From contig OZ024742.1 in NCBI GenBank assembly GCA_964016885.1, positions 306,962,001 through 307,026,000 of the forward strand: a DNA stretch of 64,000 nucleotides. The letters run 5' to 3'. The position numbers and the translations under genes are program-made. Within the stretch, counting starts at the first letter, position 1. Every line of letters begins with the position of its first letter. Source of the DNA: Eledone cirrhosa. Its lineage: Eukaryota. This document shows, in pieces, positions 12,128 to 27,620 of this stretch. The notes below the pieces were generated by a model, which saw only the letters and a list, made by a program, of their open reading frames with translations, searched no databases and was not told the origin of the DNA.

Positions 12128-13689
12128 TTCTTTCTCTCTCTCTCTCTCTCACTTTCTTTTTCTCTTATTGATTTTGTTATTGCTATTGTTGTATTTCTTA
12201 CTTAGACTTTACTTCTTTTCATTCGTTTTTTGTTTGTGTTTGTACTTTTTTAACCTCGTCGACCACAGATGCTGAACAGTTCAATATATATTGATTTCTT
12301 ATTCTTTTCTATTTTCTTTGTCCTGTTGTTTGTCTTTAAGTTTCCGTTTCTTTTATTCCTTTATGTTATCTATAAACAGTGGACAGAAGTGAGAAATTCA
12401 AGATGAAAATGGTCACCCTTATCTCTCTACAAAGAAACACTGTATCGTATTAATAATCCCTCTCGTTCGATTCCTAATAAATTTAATCCGGTCACTGAAC
12501 TTTTCTGCGTACACAGGTTTCTGCTGCCTCACGTGTGCACATGCACACTCATGCTAACACATATATACGCAGATACACTCACACACGCGCGCACATAATC
12601 GCTCGCATACAAACAGACAGAGGTACACATAGACAATGAATACATACATACACAAACGATGGATGCACAGAGAGAAAGAGAAAGAGAGAGAGAGAAGAGG
12701 GAGAGAGGGTGGAGACAGCAATCCGGCCAAGAAAATGCAACCACAAGACTATCACCACCAAGCTCCAATAACAACAACAACAACATTTTCACAAAGCCCC
12801 ATCAATAAAAACATTACCACCAAGCCACAACAATAACACGACAGCAATTGGCAACACCACCAACAAAAAAATAAAGACGAGGACAATAACGACAGCAACA
12901 TGACGACGATCAACAATAATACTAACAATACACGACAAATCGAATATGAAAGGGTTTTTGTAAGATCAAAATCAGATGAATCAGTCGGTGCATGTGTGCA
13001 CAGCGTGTTTAATTAAGTACTCCTCTATATCTTCCAGCTTTAATATAGATTTCAGAGAGGACTCCATTATCAACAAGCGATCGATGGATCTCCGTCGGTT
13101 TCGACAATGAGTGTTCTATATGTTCGATCAATGGAACGCCTGATTCTGAAATTAACGTGTACGGGACTGAGAATTTCACAGCGTAATTTTCAGGTAGATT
13201 CGGTGTAACGCAGTATTTTACATGCCTGGCTCATTGAATTACAGCTACAGTTCAATCGACAGACTCCAAAACAGTTTCCGTCTACTTAATTTCATTCACA
13301 TGGCTTATATCGACCCGAAATTATGGTAATGGACACTTGCTTAACATTTGTCTTTAATTTAGTTTAATATGCAATGACTACCGAGTATAAACTAAATACT
13401 TAAGGCTGGCCTCGTTGGTTTTGACAGTTTTCGATAGCTTCCATTTTTTTTTATTGTTCCATCCTCTCATTCACTTAAGTCACACCAGAAATTGATAAGT
13501 AAATAAAGTGTTTTTTTTTAATTAGAAATTAAATATAGAATCTTGGAAATAGGAGATAAAAAGAATTATTAAGGAGTATAAAAAATATTAATTAATTTTG
13601 CATTAGAGATATTAGAATGGTTTAAAATATCAATTAAATTTACTATAAAAGTTAAACAGAAAAGAGTGTGTTGACATATATTATAAAGA

Positions 13690-14460
13690 CAAAAATTTAT
13701 TAAGTATATGGGCGATACTTGTTAGAACTATCTTTTAGATTTCATTGATGCTAGGTATGTTTTCTAGAAACTATTGAACACCTTTCTCCATGACACGTAG
13801 AGCACCTATCACTAACGGAATAGTTTGGGTTTAAAGGTACCACATTCTGTTTCTCTCAATTTCTTGATTTTTATATTTTGCAAATTTTCCATCTTCTTTT
13901 GGTAACACATTGCTATCAGATGGTACAGTCATGTCAATGAGTAAGCAGGTCTTGTTTTTAAAAGCTTTAATAATAATAATACCAGCGCGGTTTGCATTAG
14001 TAGTGGGATCTTTGTGAATGGTAAAGTCCAAAGGGATTGTTACTCCTTTAGTATCAGTTACTGGCTATAGTTTGTGTTCATACCAGTTCTGCAGTGTATT
14101 GTTTGCATATTATCCAGTGGGTGTATTGCCCCACCTTATTATGTCTAATTTTATATTCAGTTGGTGCTAGTGAGGGGCATCCCTATATTATATGGTCAAT
14201 TGTTTCAAGTTGTACGCCATATATCCTGCATTTGGGGTCTGCTTCGTTGCTGAAAATATTTGCCTGATAATTTCTAGTAAAGAGGCTCTATTCGTGGGCA
14301 GCAAAATTTAAAGCGTACTCTTTCAAACTTTAATCCCGAACTTCGCAGCCACAGATCGGTTTGGACTTAATCTACACCAGCGTCTTGGTTGCGAAGTGGG
14401 AATTGGCCGTACGAAGATTTTTTGTTTTTAAGCCTTCTAAATTTGACTTGCTTCTGTGGA
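13690..14460 (-). pseudogene. Degraded R4/Dong-like RT-RLE remnant
   Basis: DFTIHKD..NANRAGIIIIKAFKNKTCLLIDMTVPSDSN..KYKNQEIE and YGQFP..AGVD align with ORF 37814-39184. Confidence 0.8.
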
Positions 14461-14483
14461 GTTATGCAGCCTTGGTGAGAATT

Positions 14484-15150
14484 AGATCTATCGAAAGCTT
14501 TCGATAAGGTCGAGCACTGATACCTGGAGGCTGTCCTCAAGGCAACTAGCTGTGGTCCCATCTTCAGAGGCTGGATAGCTGCAATGCACAACGGCTACTG
14601 ATCGGTGATCAACGTCAATGGCTATTTTTCGGAACTGTTTCAGATCTTTTGAACGGTCTATCAAAAGTGTGCTCTCTCCTTCCTTCTGTACGCATTGACT
14701 CTCGGGCATTTACTGCAGAAGCTGAAGCTATTGCAGGGCATCCTGTTCGAACCGAGACTTAGAATGGCTGTGTCGGCATATGCGGACGACATCACCATGA
14801 TGGTGTGAAACACCTCGAACACCGATGTGGCCGGCACCTTCTTGGAGGAATATGAAAGGTTGACGGGAGCAAAACTAAACCCGGAAAAGTAGGAGGCCTC
14901 GAAGCTCGGCATCTGGAGAAGCAAGTCCATGTCGTTCAACGTCATAGGGCGCTGGACGGAGGCCCGGTAATGTTGAAAATTGCTCGGGGGCTGGTTCGAA
15001 TCAGACCTCCTGGTGAATAAGAATTGGGACGATGTTACGAATAGGTTAACCACTCTCATCCAGAAATGGGCTGAGAGGAAGCCGTCCCTGAAAGGTCGGG
15101 TGGAGGTGGCGAACGCGTATATCACATCCATCATCTACTACCGCCTGACA
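14484..15150 (+). pseudogene. Degraded Tx1-clade RT fragment
   Basis: DLSKAFDKVEH..AYADDIT..KNWDDVTNRL..WAERKPSLKGRVEVANAYI, homologous to the array Tx1 ORF2. Confidence 0.85.
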
Positions 15151-15599
15151 AGATTTCACCAGACCTCTTGAACCCTCCATGTCACTACCCATCTCTAGAA
15201 CTCTTCAGTGAGTGCGCCACACGCATACACAGATTAACGGCTTATTGAAATAGACATAAAGATTACATCATCGCACTGCAACCAATGATCATATATACAT
15301 AAAATATTTCACATCCTAGAACTTAAGATCATACTTGCATCAAAATGAATAAGTGTCGGCACGGAGATTTTCTATAAATAATATCTTAGAAAATCAGGTA
15401 AATTACTCCTGTAGACAAAGATCGATACTTCATAGCGGATGCTGGCCAATTTTTTCTGTCTATAAGCGTATTTTACCTGCTTTTGTAAGCTATTATTTAC
15501 AGAAATCAGTTATGTCAACGTTTTCTAAACATTTTAAATCTCCCCAACATTGCAATAGTATATTTTCGAAATATATATTTATTTATATATATACACACA

Positions 15600-17341
<1,742 letters not shown>

Positions 17342-17955
17342 AGGGTATTTGTTTATACATAAGTAATATATAGACACGTTAACAAATATACTACACTACA
17401 TAGATATAACACAAATAGAGACACATACACAGACTTTCTTTCTTGTTTTCTCAACTTGTTGTTGTTTCTACATTCACTATTTCTTTTCTCACTTTCTCTT
17501 CGAATACTTGTGAATATACTACTTGTCAAATTCGGTTTCTGCTTTACAACATTCAGACTGCAGTCGATGCTGGCGTGTTCAACAGTTAGCTTTGTTGTAT
17601 TGCTAACATTTTCGCTCAAGGCACGTCTTTTAGTGGGGACATGTTAATCACCACAACACCGCTGTATCCTCCAAGGCACACACTACCTTACATGTAGAAA
17701 AACACTACGTTATCACATTTCTTTCTCATTCTTCTAATGAAGCATTCTTCTCTTCGTATATGTATGTTTCTACCTAGTGAAGTAGCCAGCCTCCGTTGTG
17801 TTGAGCGCACCAGTTATTTGTAGGGGAGAAATATATATTTCACACAATCACACGCACTCACACAGGTACTCACCCCATCCCCAGCGCCAACCCCAACCCC
17901 CACCCCCACACACGCGCGCGGATACAAACATACATGTACAATATATTTATGTAGG

Positions 17956-18017
<62 letters not shown>

Positions 18018-18101
18018 AAAGTTCTATTTAAATTGTTGGGATACAACAAGCAAATATTTTTATAACTGAAATAAAGCACTCAACAAATATTTGGAGTAAA
18101 A

Positions 18102-18331
18102 ATACGATATTAACAAATGGAAACTATATTTATAAAACCATATTTATTTCATTATACATATTTCAACAGTAATGGTTGCATTCTTTAAGGGTATGTCAAT
18201 ATTTATTTATAAAACTGCTCTATATTATATTTTATCTGATGAAAGCACACCATAATTTAACTTGGTGTCCTTGAAATATGTATAATGAAATAAATATGGT
18301 TTTATAAATATAGTTTCCATTTGTTAATATC

Positions 18332-18335
<4 letters not shown>
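18102..18335. repeat. 65-bp perfect inverted repeat with a 104-bp spacer (MITE-like)
   Basis: 18102-18166 is the exact reverse complement of 18271-18335; abuts (TA)n. Confidence 0.8.
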
Positions 18336-18386
<51 letters not shown>

Positions 18387-18456
18387 TACTCTCTGTTAAG
18401 GTATTGATAAATATTTAATATGTATGATTAATATGATCATCATATATACACAATAT

Positions 18457-18656
18457 ATAGGAAAATGTATGACCCAGACGGCAGAGCTCAAGCCGTTTCG
18501 ACGGCTATTTCTGGACTACAAGAATAGCCGTCGAAACGGCTTGAGCTCTGCCGTCGGGGTTATACATTTTCCTATTGCCCATTCTAAAACCCTACGTATT
18601 GAGTACTCTGGTGCGTTATGGTCCATCTGGTGCCTTACCACAACTCCTTCGTTATA
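18457..18656 (+). mobile_element. Penelope-like palindromic element, copy 2 of 3
   Basis: Hairpin at 18457-18575 containing GAAAC-GGC-uugagcucu-GCC-GUC-GGGGU, then the shared unique tail. Confidence 0.7.
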
Positions 18657-18696
18657 TATAGTTCATATTCGCAACAACGATGCGCGCCATTTTTTA

Positions 18697-18754
<58 letters not shown>

Positions 18755-18798
18755 ATTTTAAAGTAAATTTTAAAAAATTCGCAGTACTTACTATATGT

Positions 18799-18880
18799 GC
18801 CTTTACCGCGGTTTCATGCTCCAGAATAAACGGAAAATCCAAGCGGAATTCCATTGAGAAGGGAGCAATCTTCAGAGGGC
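18799..18880 (-). ncRNA. Type I hammerhead ribozyme candidate
   Basis: GCCCU-CUGAAGA-U-UGCUCC..GGAGCA-U-GAAAC-CGCG-GUA-AAGGC. Confidence 0.6.
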
Positions 18881-19285
18881 TCTTCTCCCTCGGAGCATAT
18901 AAAATTCCCGAGTTCAAATCACAAACTGACGCTATACAAAACCATTCCGAAATGAGAGCGAATGATGAAAGAAAGAATTCTACCTGGTGCCGTGTGCAAA
19001 GACAAAAGGCAGGGTGGATAGGTCAATGTCCTGCCACTAGAAATAGCAGCAGTCCAAACGGCCAAAATTTTATATCTACCTTAGGGGGAGATCAATAATA
19101 ATAAAGTAGGAATTCCTACATGTAAAAAATACATATAGGGAAACAAGTATTATCCAACCGTATGCCAATTTGGTTCTATGGCGGGTTAATAAATTAACAA
19201 GCCAGAACATATAAAATCAAGGTCTAGCAAATAGAGAAAATGTTTTAAAATAAATTTTAAAAAATTCGCAGTACTTACTATATGT

Positions 19286-19367
19286 GCCTTTACCGCGGTT
19301 TCATGCTCCAGAATAAACGGAAAATCCAAGCGGATTTCCATTGAAAAGGGAGCAATCTTCAGAGGGC
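19286..19367 (-). ncRNA. Type I hammerhead ribozyme candidate, second copy
   Basis: Same core as 18799-18880, offset by 487 nt. Confidence 0.6.
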
Positions 19368-19845
19368 TCTTCTCCCTCGGAGAATATAAAATTCCCGAGT
19401 TCAAATCACAATATATATATATGTGTGTGTGGGGGTGCGAAATATTGCCGCTAACTGTGCCTACAAGTCAGCTTATATAGTCACAAACGTTACAGTAACA
19501 CGAGAATGAGTCCTTAAATATATGAGGCTGTTAAGTTGAAAACAAGCAAAATGAAAACATGATGACCACCAACTACAGACCCTGCAAGTGTCAGTTAAGA
19601 GTATCCTTATATCATGTGTATTTACATAAACAAGTACATACACATGAATGTGCACAAGCATATATACACATAATTTGATGGTCCTTAAATCTCTTGAGTC
19701 CTTCCAGCCTTTGGCAGGTTTTGGTTTTCATCGCACTGGGTATCTAAAACCCACCTCTTCTCACAAGTATATATGGGAATGCCGAGTAATTTAGGTGTGT
19801 TGACTTAAATATTACAATATGCAGTATATTCAATTATATGTATAT

Positions 19846-20496
19846 ATATAATTGAATATATGAGAGGGATGAACACCGAAACAAGTATACATGTGTTCCA
19901 ATTGCAAATGACCAAGTTAGCTAGGTTGAAAAAATACTAATTTAAAACAATATGGTTTGCTTATCTCGATTTAATAAAAATAACAAACCAATTGCCTTTG
20001 ATACCCGGACAGATCTAAATCTGTTTCGCAAGAATTATTAAGTGAAAGCCACCATTCCTGTGCTCTTCTGCGGGTATCCAGGAAATTCGTACCTTTCACT
20101 TCAAAGGATCTAAGTAGACTGAACGATGTGTTGATATAAAAGCACATGTTGCAGCGCCTAGCGCGTCTCATACTCATACCGCTAAAAACAGGAGCCGGTT
20201 TTATGAGACTAAAGTTAGCTCTATATATGGAGCCGAGAATATCATAGATTGAGTTAGAAACTCAAAATAATTAATAATTAATAAATCTTACGAAACAGAT
20301 TTAGATCTGTCCGTGTATCAAAGGCAGTTGCCCGATATAGGTTTGTTATTTTTATTGATTTATTACTTTAAATCGAGTCAGGCAAACCATATTTTTTTAG
20401 ATTAGTATCTTTTCAACCTAGCTAACTTGGTGATTTGCAATTGGAACACATGTATACTTGTATCGGTGTTCATCCCTCTCATATATTCAATTATAT
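19846..20496. mobile_element. ~200-bp inverted arms (19846-20038 / 20280-20496) carrying a half-hammerhead; Penelope-like inverted pLTR or MITE
   Basis: Arms are reverse complements with indels; GAAAC-AGAU-uuag-AUCU-GUC at the inner end of each arm. Confidence 0.65.
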
Positions 20497-20573
20497 TACA
20501 CGGTTCGGACAGATTCCCTTCTTTAAGCTATTTAATTGTAAAAGACTATTTTGAGTTACTAATTCAATCTATG

Positions 20574-20605
<32 letters not shown>

Positions 20606-20638
20606 ATATGTATATATGTATATATGTATATATGTGTG

Positions 20639-20711
<73 letters not shown>

Positions 20712-21014
20712 TATATAATGTCCCTTTGGCGATGGGATAACAGCGATGCGTACAGGCTTGATAAGCTGGAAGTACGTAGTTTATGATCCGCACTTAAGGC
20801 GGCTTTTGGCAGATATAAAGTCGTTTGTCATCAAACTAAGCAGTGATAACAGTCAGTTCCTCCACATGCATTTGATCAGCTCTACTATAATCCGGACTGC
20901 TCATCAGGTTTCTGGAATGGCTCAGAAATGGTGTCTTTAAAATTCCCTGCCTAAATTCTCTCTGCTCAGCTTGGGGCGGCTGATGGATGTGCGTTGATGC
21001 GTTCGAATCAAAAA

Positions 21015-21186
21015 TACCATATTTCCCGGCGCCGAAGACGCTTCGTTCTCGAGAACGCACCCTAATTTTGACAACCAAAAATTTGAAAAAAATAACAAAC
21101 AACCTTCGGCCTCCAGAACAGTATGGTAGATTTTTGAGACTTATTTTAGGAAAAAGGTAGCGTCTTCGACGCCGGGAAACACGGTA
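21015..21186. mobile_element. Tc1/mariner (pogo/Tc2-like) MITE with TA TSD
   Basis: TA-ccatatttcccggcgccgaagacgct ... agcgtcttcgacgccgggaaacacgg-TA; 26-bp TIRs with 3 mismatches. Confidence 0.8.
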
Positions 21187-21439
21187 ACTATAGAAAAGTT
21201 AAAATCAATATAGGTTTTTGGAATGTGTGAACTCTGGTTGACAATCCGAATGGATTACCTTCTTAACATAGAACAGCATTATTCTCCGGAGACCTGCATT
21301 GTCATGGTGTTGTATAGCAGCTCGTTCAGAATCTCGCCTTTCTGAAAATATTCAACTGGAGGAGATCCATGGTGAATTTACATTTTTCTGGAAGGAGTGA
21401 AATGTTCAGGAAAGGAAAGAAGCAGGAGGGGATTTCGCC

Positions 21440-21715
21440 ATAGCCATATATGTGTGACTCTATAGACTCATCTATGTGTTTCCATAGCAACATCTGTGTA
21501 TTACTATTACCACATCTGTGTGTTTCTATAACCACATGTGTGTGTATGTAGCCACATCTGTGTGTATTTATAACCACATCCGTGTATTCATGTAGCTACA
21601 TATGTGCTTTCTGTAGCCGCATCATTGTATTTCTGTAGCCACATTTGTGTGTTTCTTTAGCCATATCTGTGTGTGTCTGTCTAAAGCCATAATCTCTGTG
21701 CTTCCATAGACATTT
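21440..21715 (+). repeat. Degenerate ~21-23-bp minisatellite
   Basis: Recurrent ta(g/a)ccacatctgtgtgt..tc units. Confidence 0.75.
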
Positions 21716-22110
21716 CTATGTGTATATACTTGTGTGTATATTGAGTGACACAAAAATATGCAAATATCTGCACTTCCATTCTGAGTCACAAGGTACACTC
21801 TCACAGATAAACTATCACATATGCTGAACCAGGTCAGATGAAACACTAGAAAGACTGGATGGTGATTAAGTTATCTTTCAATAGCTTAACAATGCCAAGC
21901 CGACTGCCTTGAGGCAATGACAAGAAATTTTAGATATCACAGATATGACTCTTAACCTCGGCTTCTGAAACTGTCACCGTCTAAAATCAATTAATTTCAC
22001 CCTTTTATCATTAATGTTTCACCAAACGCCACGAGTTTGCTGTGAAAATTTACAAATCGGATTTTCGCTTCAAGGACAATTCACAAATGTAGACTAATAT
22101 ACTATATAGA

Positions 22111-22168
<58 letters not shown>

Positions 22169-22197
22169 TATATACATATATACATATATATATATAT

Positions 22198-22230
<33 letters not shown>

Positions 22231-22466
22231 TATTTACATAAATATATACATATATATATATACATGTACATACATATATTACACATATACACATATAAAT
22301 ATATATATATATACATATATACATATATGTACATATATATATGTATACATATATATATATATATAATGGAAAAATTTGAACAGGGACAAAACAGAGAGGC
22401 AGTACAACGAATGTTTATTAATTTCACGCTCTGGAGAGTGGGATACATATATAACATACATATATA

Positions 22467-22532
<66 letters not shown>

Positions 22533-22914
22533 CATACATATATAACATATATATATAACATACATGCATTAGAACTCATTGTAGAGTTGATATCAATATC
22601 TCATCGAATACAAGTGAAGTTTTGGGGTTTTGTTCTTTTTGTGGAAATTTCGTTAAGTATTCAAAACTACAAAGTCAGACATATAAAGATTGGCAATGAA
22701 ACCAAAGATAAGCTTTCGTAGATAATCAATCCATTGTTTTACATCGTTTCAAAACTTAATTAAAGAAAAAAAACATGTTCGATAACTTATACTTAATGCG
22801 ATACATCATAGAAAGTGTAGGGTGTAAACTTGGTTTCGGTAGCGTTTTGATAAAGTCAACCAAATCTACTTCTAATTGAAGTGCTGCCAGGCGGATCTGT
22901 ATTTGATGCTTGTA

Positions 22915-23541
22915 TGTATCTGAAATGTGGGGTTATGTTGAAGAAAAGGTTGTCGCGTGTAGGACGAATCTGGCTATCGACTGACTTTAACGTGAAGATT
23001 GCCCCACCACCGTCTTCTTCTAAAAGAAAAGGGCGAACAGGTTTCCTATCTGGTGGCTATTGCGAAAGAGGTTATTAGCGGGACAAAACTGAAAAGCTTG
23101 AAGACAGACACATCCCTCTTCTGTCAAGCTCTCACCAACGTTTTCAAGTTTCACTTGGAAAGCAACGTGGGGGGCTGGGAGGGAGGTGCCCTCCTCCAGT
23201 AATTTTTCCAAACGATGGGTGAAAGTTAGAAAATAGGTAACAGTGAATGGAACTAGCCTCAGCTAGTGTCTGTAAGTCGAACACTTATTTGGGAAAGGGT
23301 ACTCGCCCTTGGTGGTCAAGGCGATTGTGGATCTGTTGAGTTCCTCAATAGGAGGACTGAATGCCTCATATAATTGTATATTATGTACACGCAACTTGTA
23401 TACTATGTATAGTCAAATTATATACTATGTCACCTTTTTTTCTCTCATTTCTATGTAAACTCCCACATCATGTTGTAACCTATCTTTGTATCGTCTCCAC
23501 CATGTGATGACCATATGGCGAATAAAAAAAATCATTATTAT
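22915..23541 (+). mobile_element. Old Tx1 3' fragment with 3'UTR and (ATT)n tail
   Basis: LSRVGRIWLS..KIAPPPS, LVAIAKEVI..LKTDTSLF..FKFHLE; ends tggcgaataaaaaaaatcattattatt like the array elements. Confidence 0.8.
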
Positions 23542-23970
23542 TTGGCAGTATCGTAGAACGCCGGACAACATGCTTCGTGGCATAGAGTTACGGTCCTTTA
23601 CGTTCTGAGTTCAAATCTCGCCGAGGTCAGCTCTGCCTTTCATCCTTACCGAGTCGATAAAATAAAGCACCAGTAAATACTGGGATCAATTTAATCGACT
23701 ACCTCTCCCCCAAAAGTATTGGCCTTGTGCTTAAATAAGAAACCATAAGGCAATGGATTGGCAGTAGCGGAATAGGGTCGGACGCCGTGCTTTGCAGTAT
23801 AGAGTTACGGCCCTTTACATCTGAGTTCAAATCCCGCCGAGGTTAGCTTTGCCTTTCATCTTTACGGGGTCGACAAAATAAAGTACCAGTCACGCACTGG
23901 AGCCGATTTAATCGAATTTCCCCTCCCCCCAAAATTGATTGTCTTATGCCTATATAAGAAACCATTATTT
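23542..23970 (+). mobile_element. Two tandem tRNA-derived SINEs (23542-23747, 23748-23970)
   Basis: A-box-like tggcagta, B-box gagttcaaatc, Nin/Deu-like core gcctttcatc..gtcga.aaaataaag.accag, tail ..gaaaccat. Confidence 0.85.
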
Positions 23971-25090
23971 ATCCTTTATTTTTGCTTCTGTTTAAAAATA
24001 CGAATTGATAAAATAGAGTGTATGAATAATTACCAAAGTTTTAATTAATTAACAGATCTTGATTTATTTTCTAAACATATGAAAAGGTATTTCATATGTT
24101 TCTGGGAAAGATACGTAATAGTATAAAGTCACTTGTGTAGAAATTTATTTGAAGTTGTATGAACCGATTCTTTGGAAACTAATTAAAATGATTATTCTAT
24201 GAGTGGGTATATTTCGATGACGTCTGTAAAATATATTTCTGGTTTCTTCTCTAAACGGACATTGGTGAGTCAGAATTTCAAAAAGTAGATCGATTCTGTC
24301 GTTATATTGTTATCAGCGGCTATTGGACTATTGGATACAGTAGTTTGTGTTTGGAAAAGATATTATTTTATGAAGACTGCAAGAATGGTAAGAATAAATG
24401 AATGGGGATTAATACTGTTGTTGATAGAAATATATATATAGCATATATATATATATATATGTGTGTGTGTGTATGTATGTGTGTGTGTGTGTGTTAATGT
24501 TTATTAAGGCTAAAATGTGAGTCTTGTTATTCTAGAGTTTCGCCTGCGAACCTTCAGAGTTACGAGACTCACGATCTAACCTTAATAAAATAAATATTAA
24601 CACTCGTCAACCACGTACGAATCTCGTACATGTATATATGTATGTATGTGTGTGTGTGTGTGTATGTGTGTGTGTGTGTTTGCGCGTGTGCGTGTTGGGG
24701 GGGGCGTGTGTGTGTGTGTGTGCGTGCGTGCGCGTGTGTGTGTGTGTGTGCGTGCGTGCGCGTGTGTGTGTTGTGTAAAATTAAATTAAATCTGTACAAC
24801 AAATTATCTAATGCGAATACACGAGTTTTAGCGTATTGAAATCGCATGACATGGTGAATTGATAAATTTGCGGATTTCAATAAGCTAATGAAACGCGCGT
24901 AACGTATTCGTGTTATATAATTGTTGAAGGGGTTTAATTGCACATCACATCTCGTCCTGCGGACTGAATGCTCAGATAACTTTGGATATTGTTTAGCAAA
25001 TCTTTACTAATAATTATATATATATATATATATATATATTAGTAAAGATTTGCTAACAAATATATAAACACACACATACATATATATATA

Positions 25091-25161
<71 letters not shown>

Positions 25162-27490
25162 GTGTGTGTGTAAATATGTACGCACATAAGTATGTGCATA
25201 CGTAAGTATGTATGTATATACGTATGTATATGTGTATGTATGCATATATGTATGTATCTATGCATGTATGTATGCATGTATGTATATGTGTGAGTTGTTT
25301 GTGCTTGATGTATTATATCTCATCGTCTAAATGTTGCTGTTTAGAAGTATCTGAACTCTATTTGATGTATTGAGTACGATTGTACGCTGTAATATCTCTA
25401 TATCTCTTTCGTTATATATATATATATACATATCTACCTAGAATATCCTTCGCAGTCACTATCAGGAAACTGTAGTCACCTCAATATTATTATCAGAGAC
25501 AATCACAAATATGAAGCATACCTCTTCATCGTCAGAACATTTTAGTCGTTGCCATAATTATTATCTTGTTATTCTTTCTCTTTTTCATCATTTTATAGAA
25601 TATTTCTCTTTCCCTGAGGTTATTATATATCAAGGAGAACATAATTAGAATAGAAGTTATAGAGAATTCGATCACCGCGAAAATTAACGGTCAAAGTCAC
25701 AAGATTATGTTACTGCTCAACGCATGCGCAGATGGAAAAATTCCTCACAAGTTTGTAAGAGAAGTAAAACAAATATACAAAGAAAGGAAGCAAGATGTAT
25801 TGTATGTTGTATTCCAATGATGTCTTTCAATCATATCATCTTCAGATATCATCAAAGCTAGAAGGCCTACAGCATCTATCTTTCACCAACATTCATAGAA
25901 ACTTACCTCCTAACATATAAACATTATTTATCACAATTATTTCACAACGATTGGACAAGCACAATTTTAACATTATCCCTTCCCTGAAGCCATCTAAAGA
26001 ACTATCAGATTCTAAAGCCATTCAAACAACCTCTTGACGGCATCCATCAAATAATTCCAAAATAAGCCGCTTGTTATACTAGGTTGCATTTTCATCCAGC
26101 TCTTCCACAAACTAACATTCTTTGCTTGAGTAGCCAAAGTAGCACCAAGCAACAAACCAATCAACTACAACATCAGTAACGCTGACAACAACAGGAAGAG
26201 GAACACCATCAGAAAGCAATCATTAGCCATGGTTGTTATATACACTGTGACATTGGCCACTCACTCGTCGCGAGTTGCGAGCATTACTCGAGTTTCTTTT
26301 TTTTTCCCCAAGAATTCTATTTTACCCCTCATCGTCACTATCAACATCATTATTCAAAGTCATCTACAGAACTATCGGCACCAACAACGCCAACATTACT
26401 TCCACCATCCCCACTGACGCCAATATCTCTCTTCACCACCGCCACAATGAACATCTGCCTTAAAAACACCATTGACAATAGCACACATCTCACAACCTAA
26501 ACTAAATCTCTACTACTACTACAGTAACCAATACCACCACAGACCCTAATAACACCTGCAAGGGAGTGTCTATGTGTCGAGCTCAACCTTCTAAAAATAG
26601 CAGCGAAATCTCCCTCAAATAACACTGCTATTGTTGTAAAAGAATGGAAATTACGTAGTGATTGTTAGTCATAAATGTCTAAAAGAAAAAACGAATGGCC
26701 TGGGCTGTAACATTTCAGCATTGGTTTACTTTGTCAGTACAGATCCAGGATAAAAACAGCATCAACATTTCATGATCGATTTACTGACGATAAAACTTCT
26801 GCGTGTTTGTTTGACCTGCAGCAAATAGTAATTAAATCATACTCTATCATTTTAAAACTTTTAAAACGTGACACATTGGATGATGTTGTCGTAGATACAC
26901 TATGCCTAAAAGCACTGGGTCTCAATAATGACATCGGCTCAACAGTCTCCCCTACCACGACTGAATAGGGTGATATGGGCTGAACCACAATACCAGTTCA
27001 ACACAGTCGACTCCCGCAAATGAACAGTTTTATCTACCACTAAACAACAACACCGACTCAATATCCTCCATTATCTTGACTGAATAGGTTGATCTGGAGC
27101 TAAACAACACCGATTCAACATGCTTTTTTCTCCCCACAAAACTGGTTCACCTGGGGCTAAACAATACCTGCCCAACAAAGTCCACTATCGCGACTAAACA
27201 CTATTAACACATTCGACAATATCACGCTTGTCACGGAACACTACCATCAACGTGTCAACGAGAGAGCCTCTACGTGATAGCTTTGCGTGCTAAAAATAGC
27301 AGCTAAAGTTTCAAAGTTTTCACATTGTCATCTTTACCAAGCTAAGATACATTGGATAATGTATTATAAAAGCACTTGAGCCTGAACCAAATGTGATGTC
27401 ATGACTGAAATACTTATGAGTCTAAGATTGTTCAATTAAAGCTATTGTAGTCATAACCAACAACTACCATTATTAAAACAACTATCATTA

Positions 27491-27620
27491 CGGCGGCAAG
27501 ATAGCAGGGCATTCTTGCGACACTCTGCTCTCTGAGTTCAAATTCTGAAACGATAAATTTCGCTGTTCATCCTTCCGAGATCGATAAAATAAGACCAATC
27601 AAGGTGGTGGGATTGATGGA
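27491..27620 (+). mobile_element. Degraded tRNA-SINE copy
   Basis: ctgagttcaaatt..ttcatccttccgagatcgataaaataag. Confidence 0.6.

Larger units (their letters stand above)
18756..19411 (-). mobile_element. Direct-repeat element: two 169-bp repeats (18756-18924, 19243-19411; period 487), Penelope pLTR/retrozyme-like
   Basis: Near-identical repeats, each holding a hammerhead motif; bounded by (TA)n on both sides. Confidence 0.7.

Noticed and set aside
18424-19098. 224-aa ORF
   Set aside because: Reads through two unrelated repeats and a (TA)n tract; no protein motif
21440-21715. CRISPR-like periodic repeat
   Set aside because: Degenerate head-to-tail minisatellite without unique spacers; eukaryotic context and no cas genes
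23542-23640. tRNA-like A/B boxes
   Set aside because: No cloverleaf; continues into a SINE core and tail and occurs in several copies
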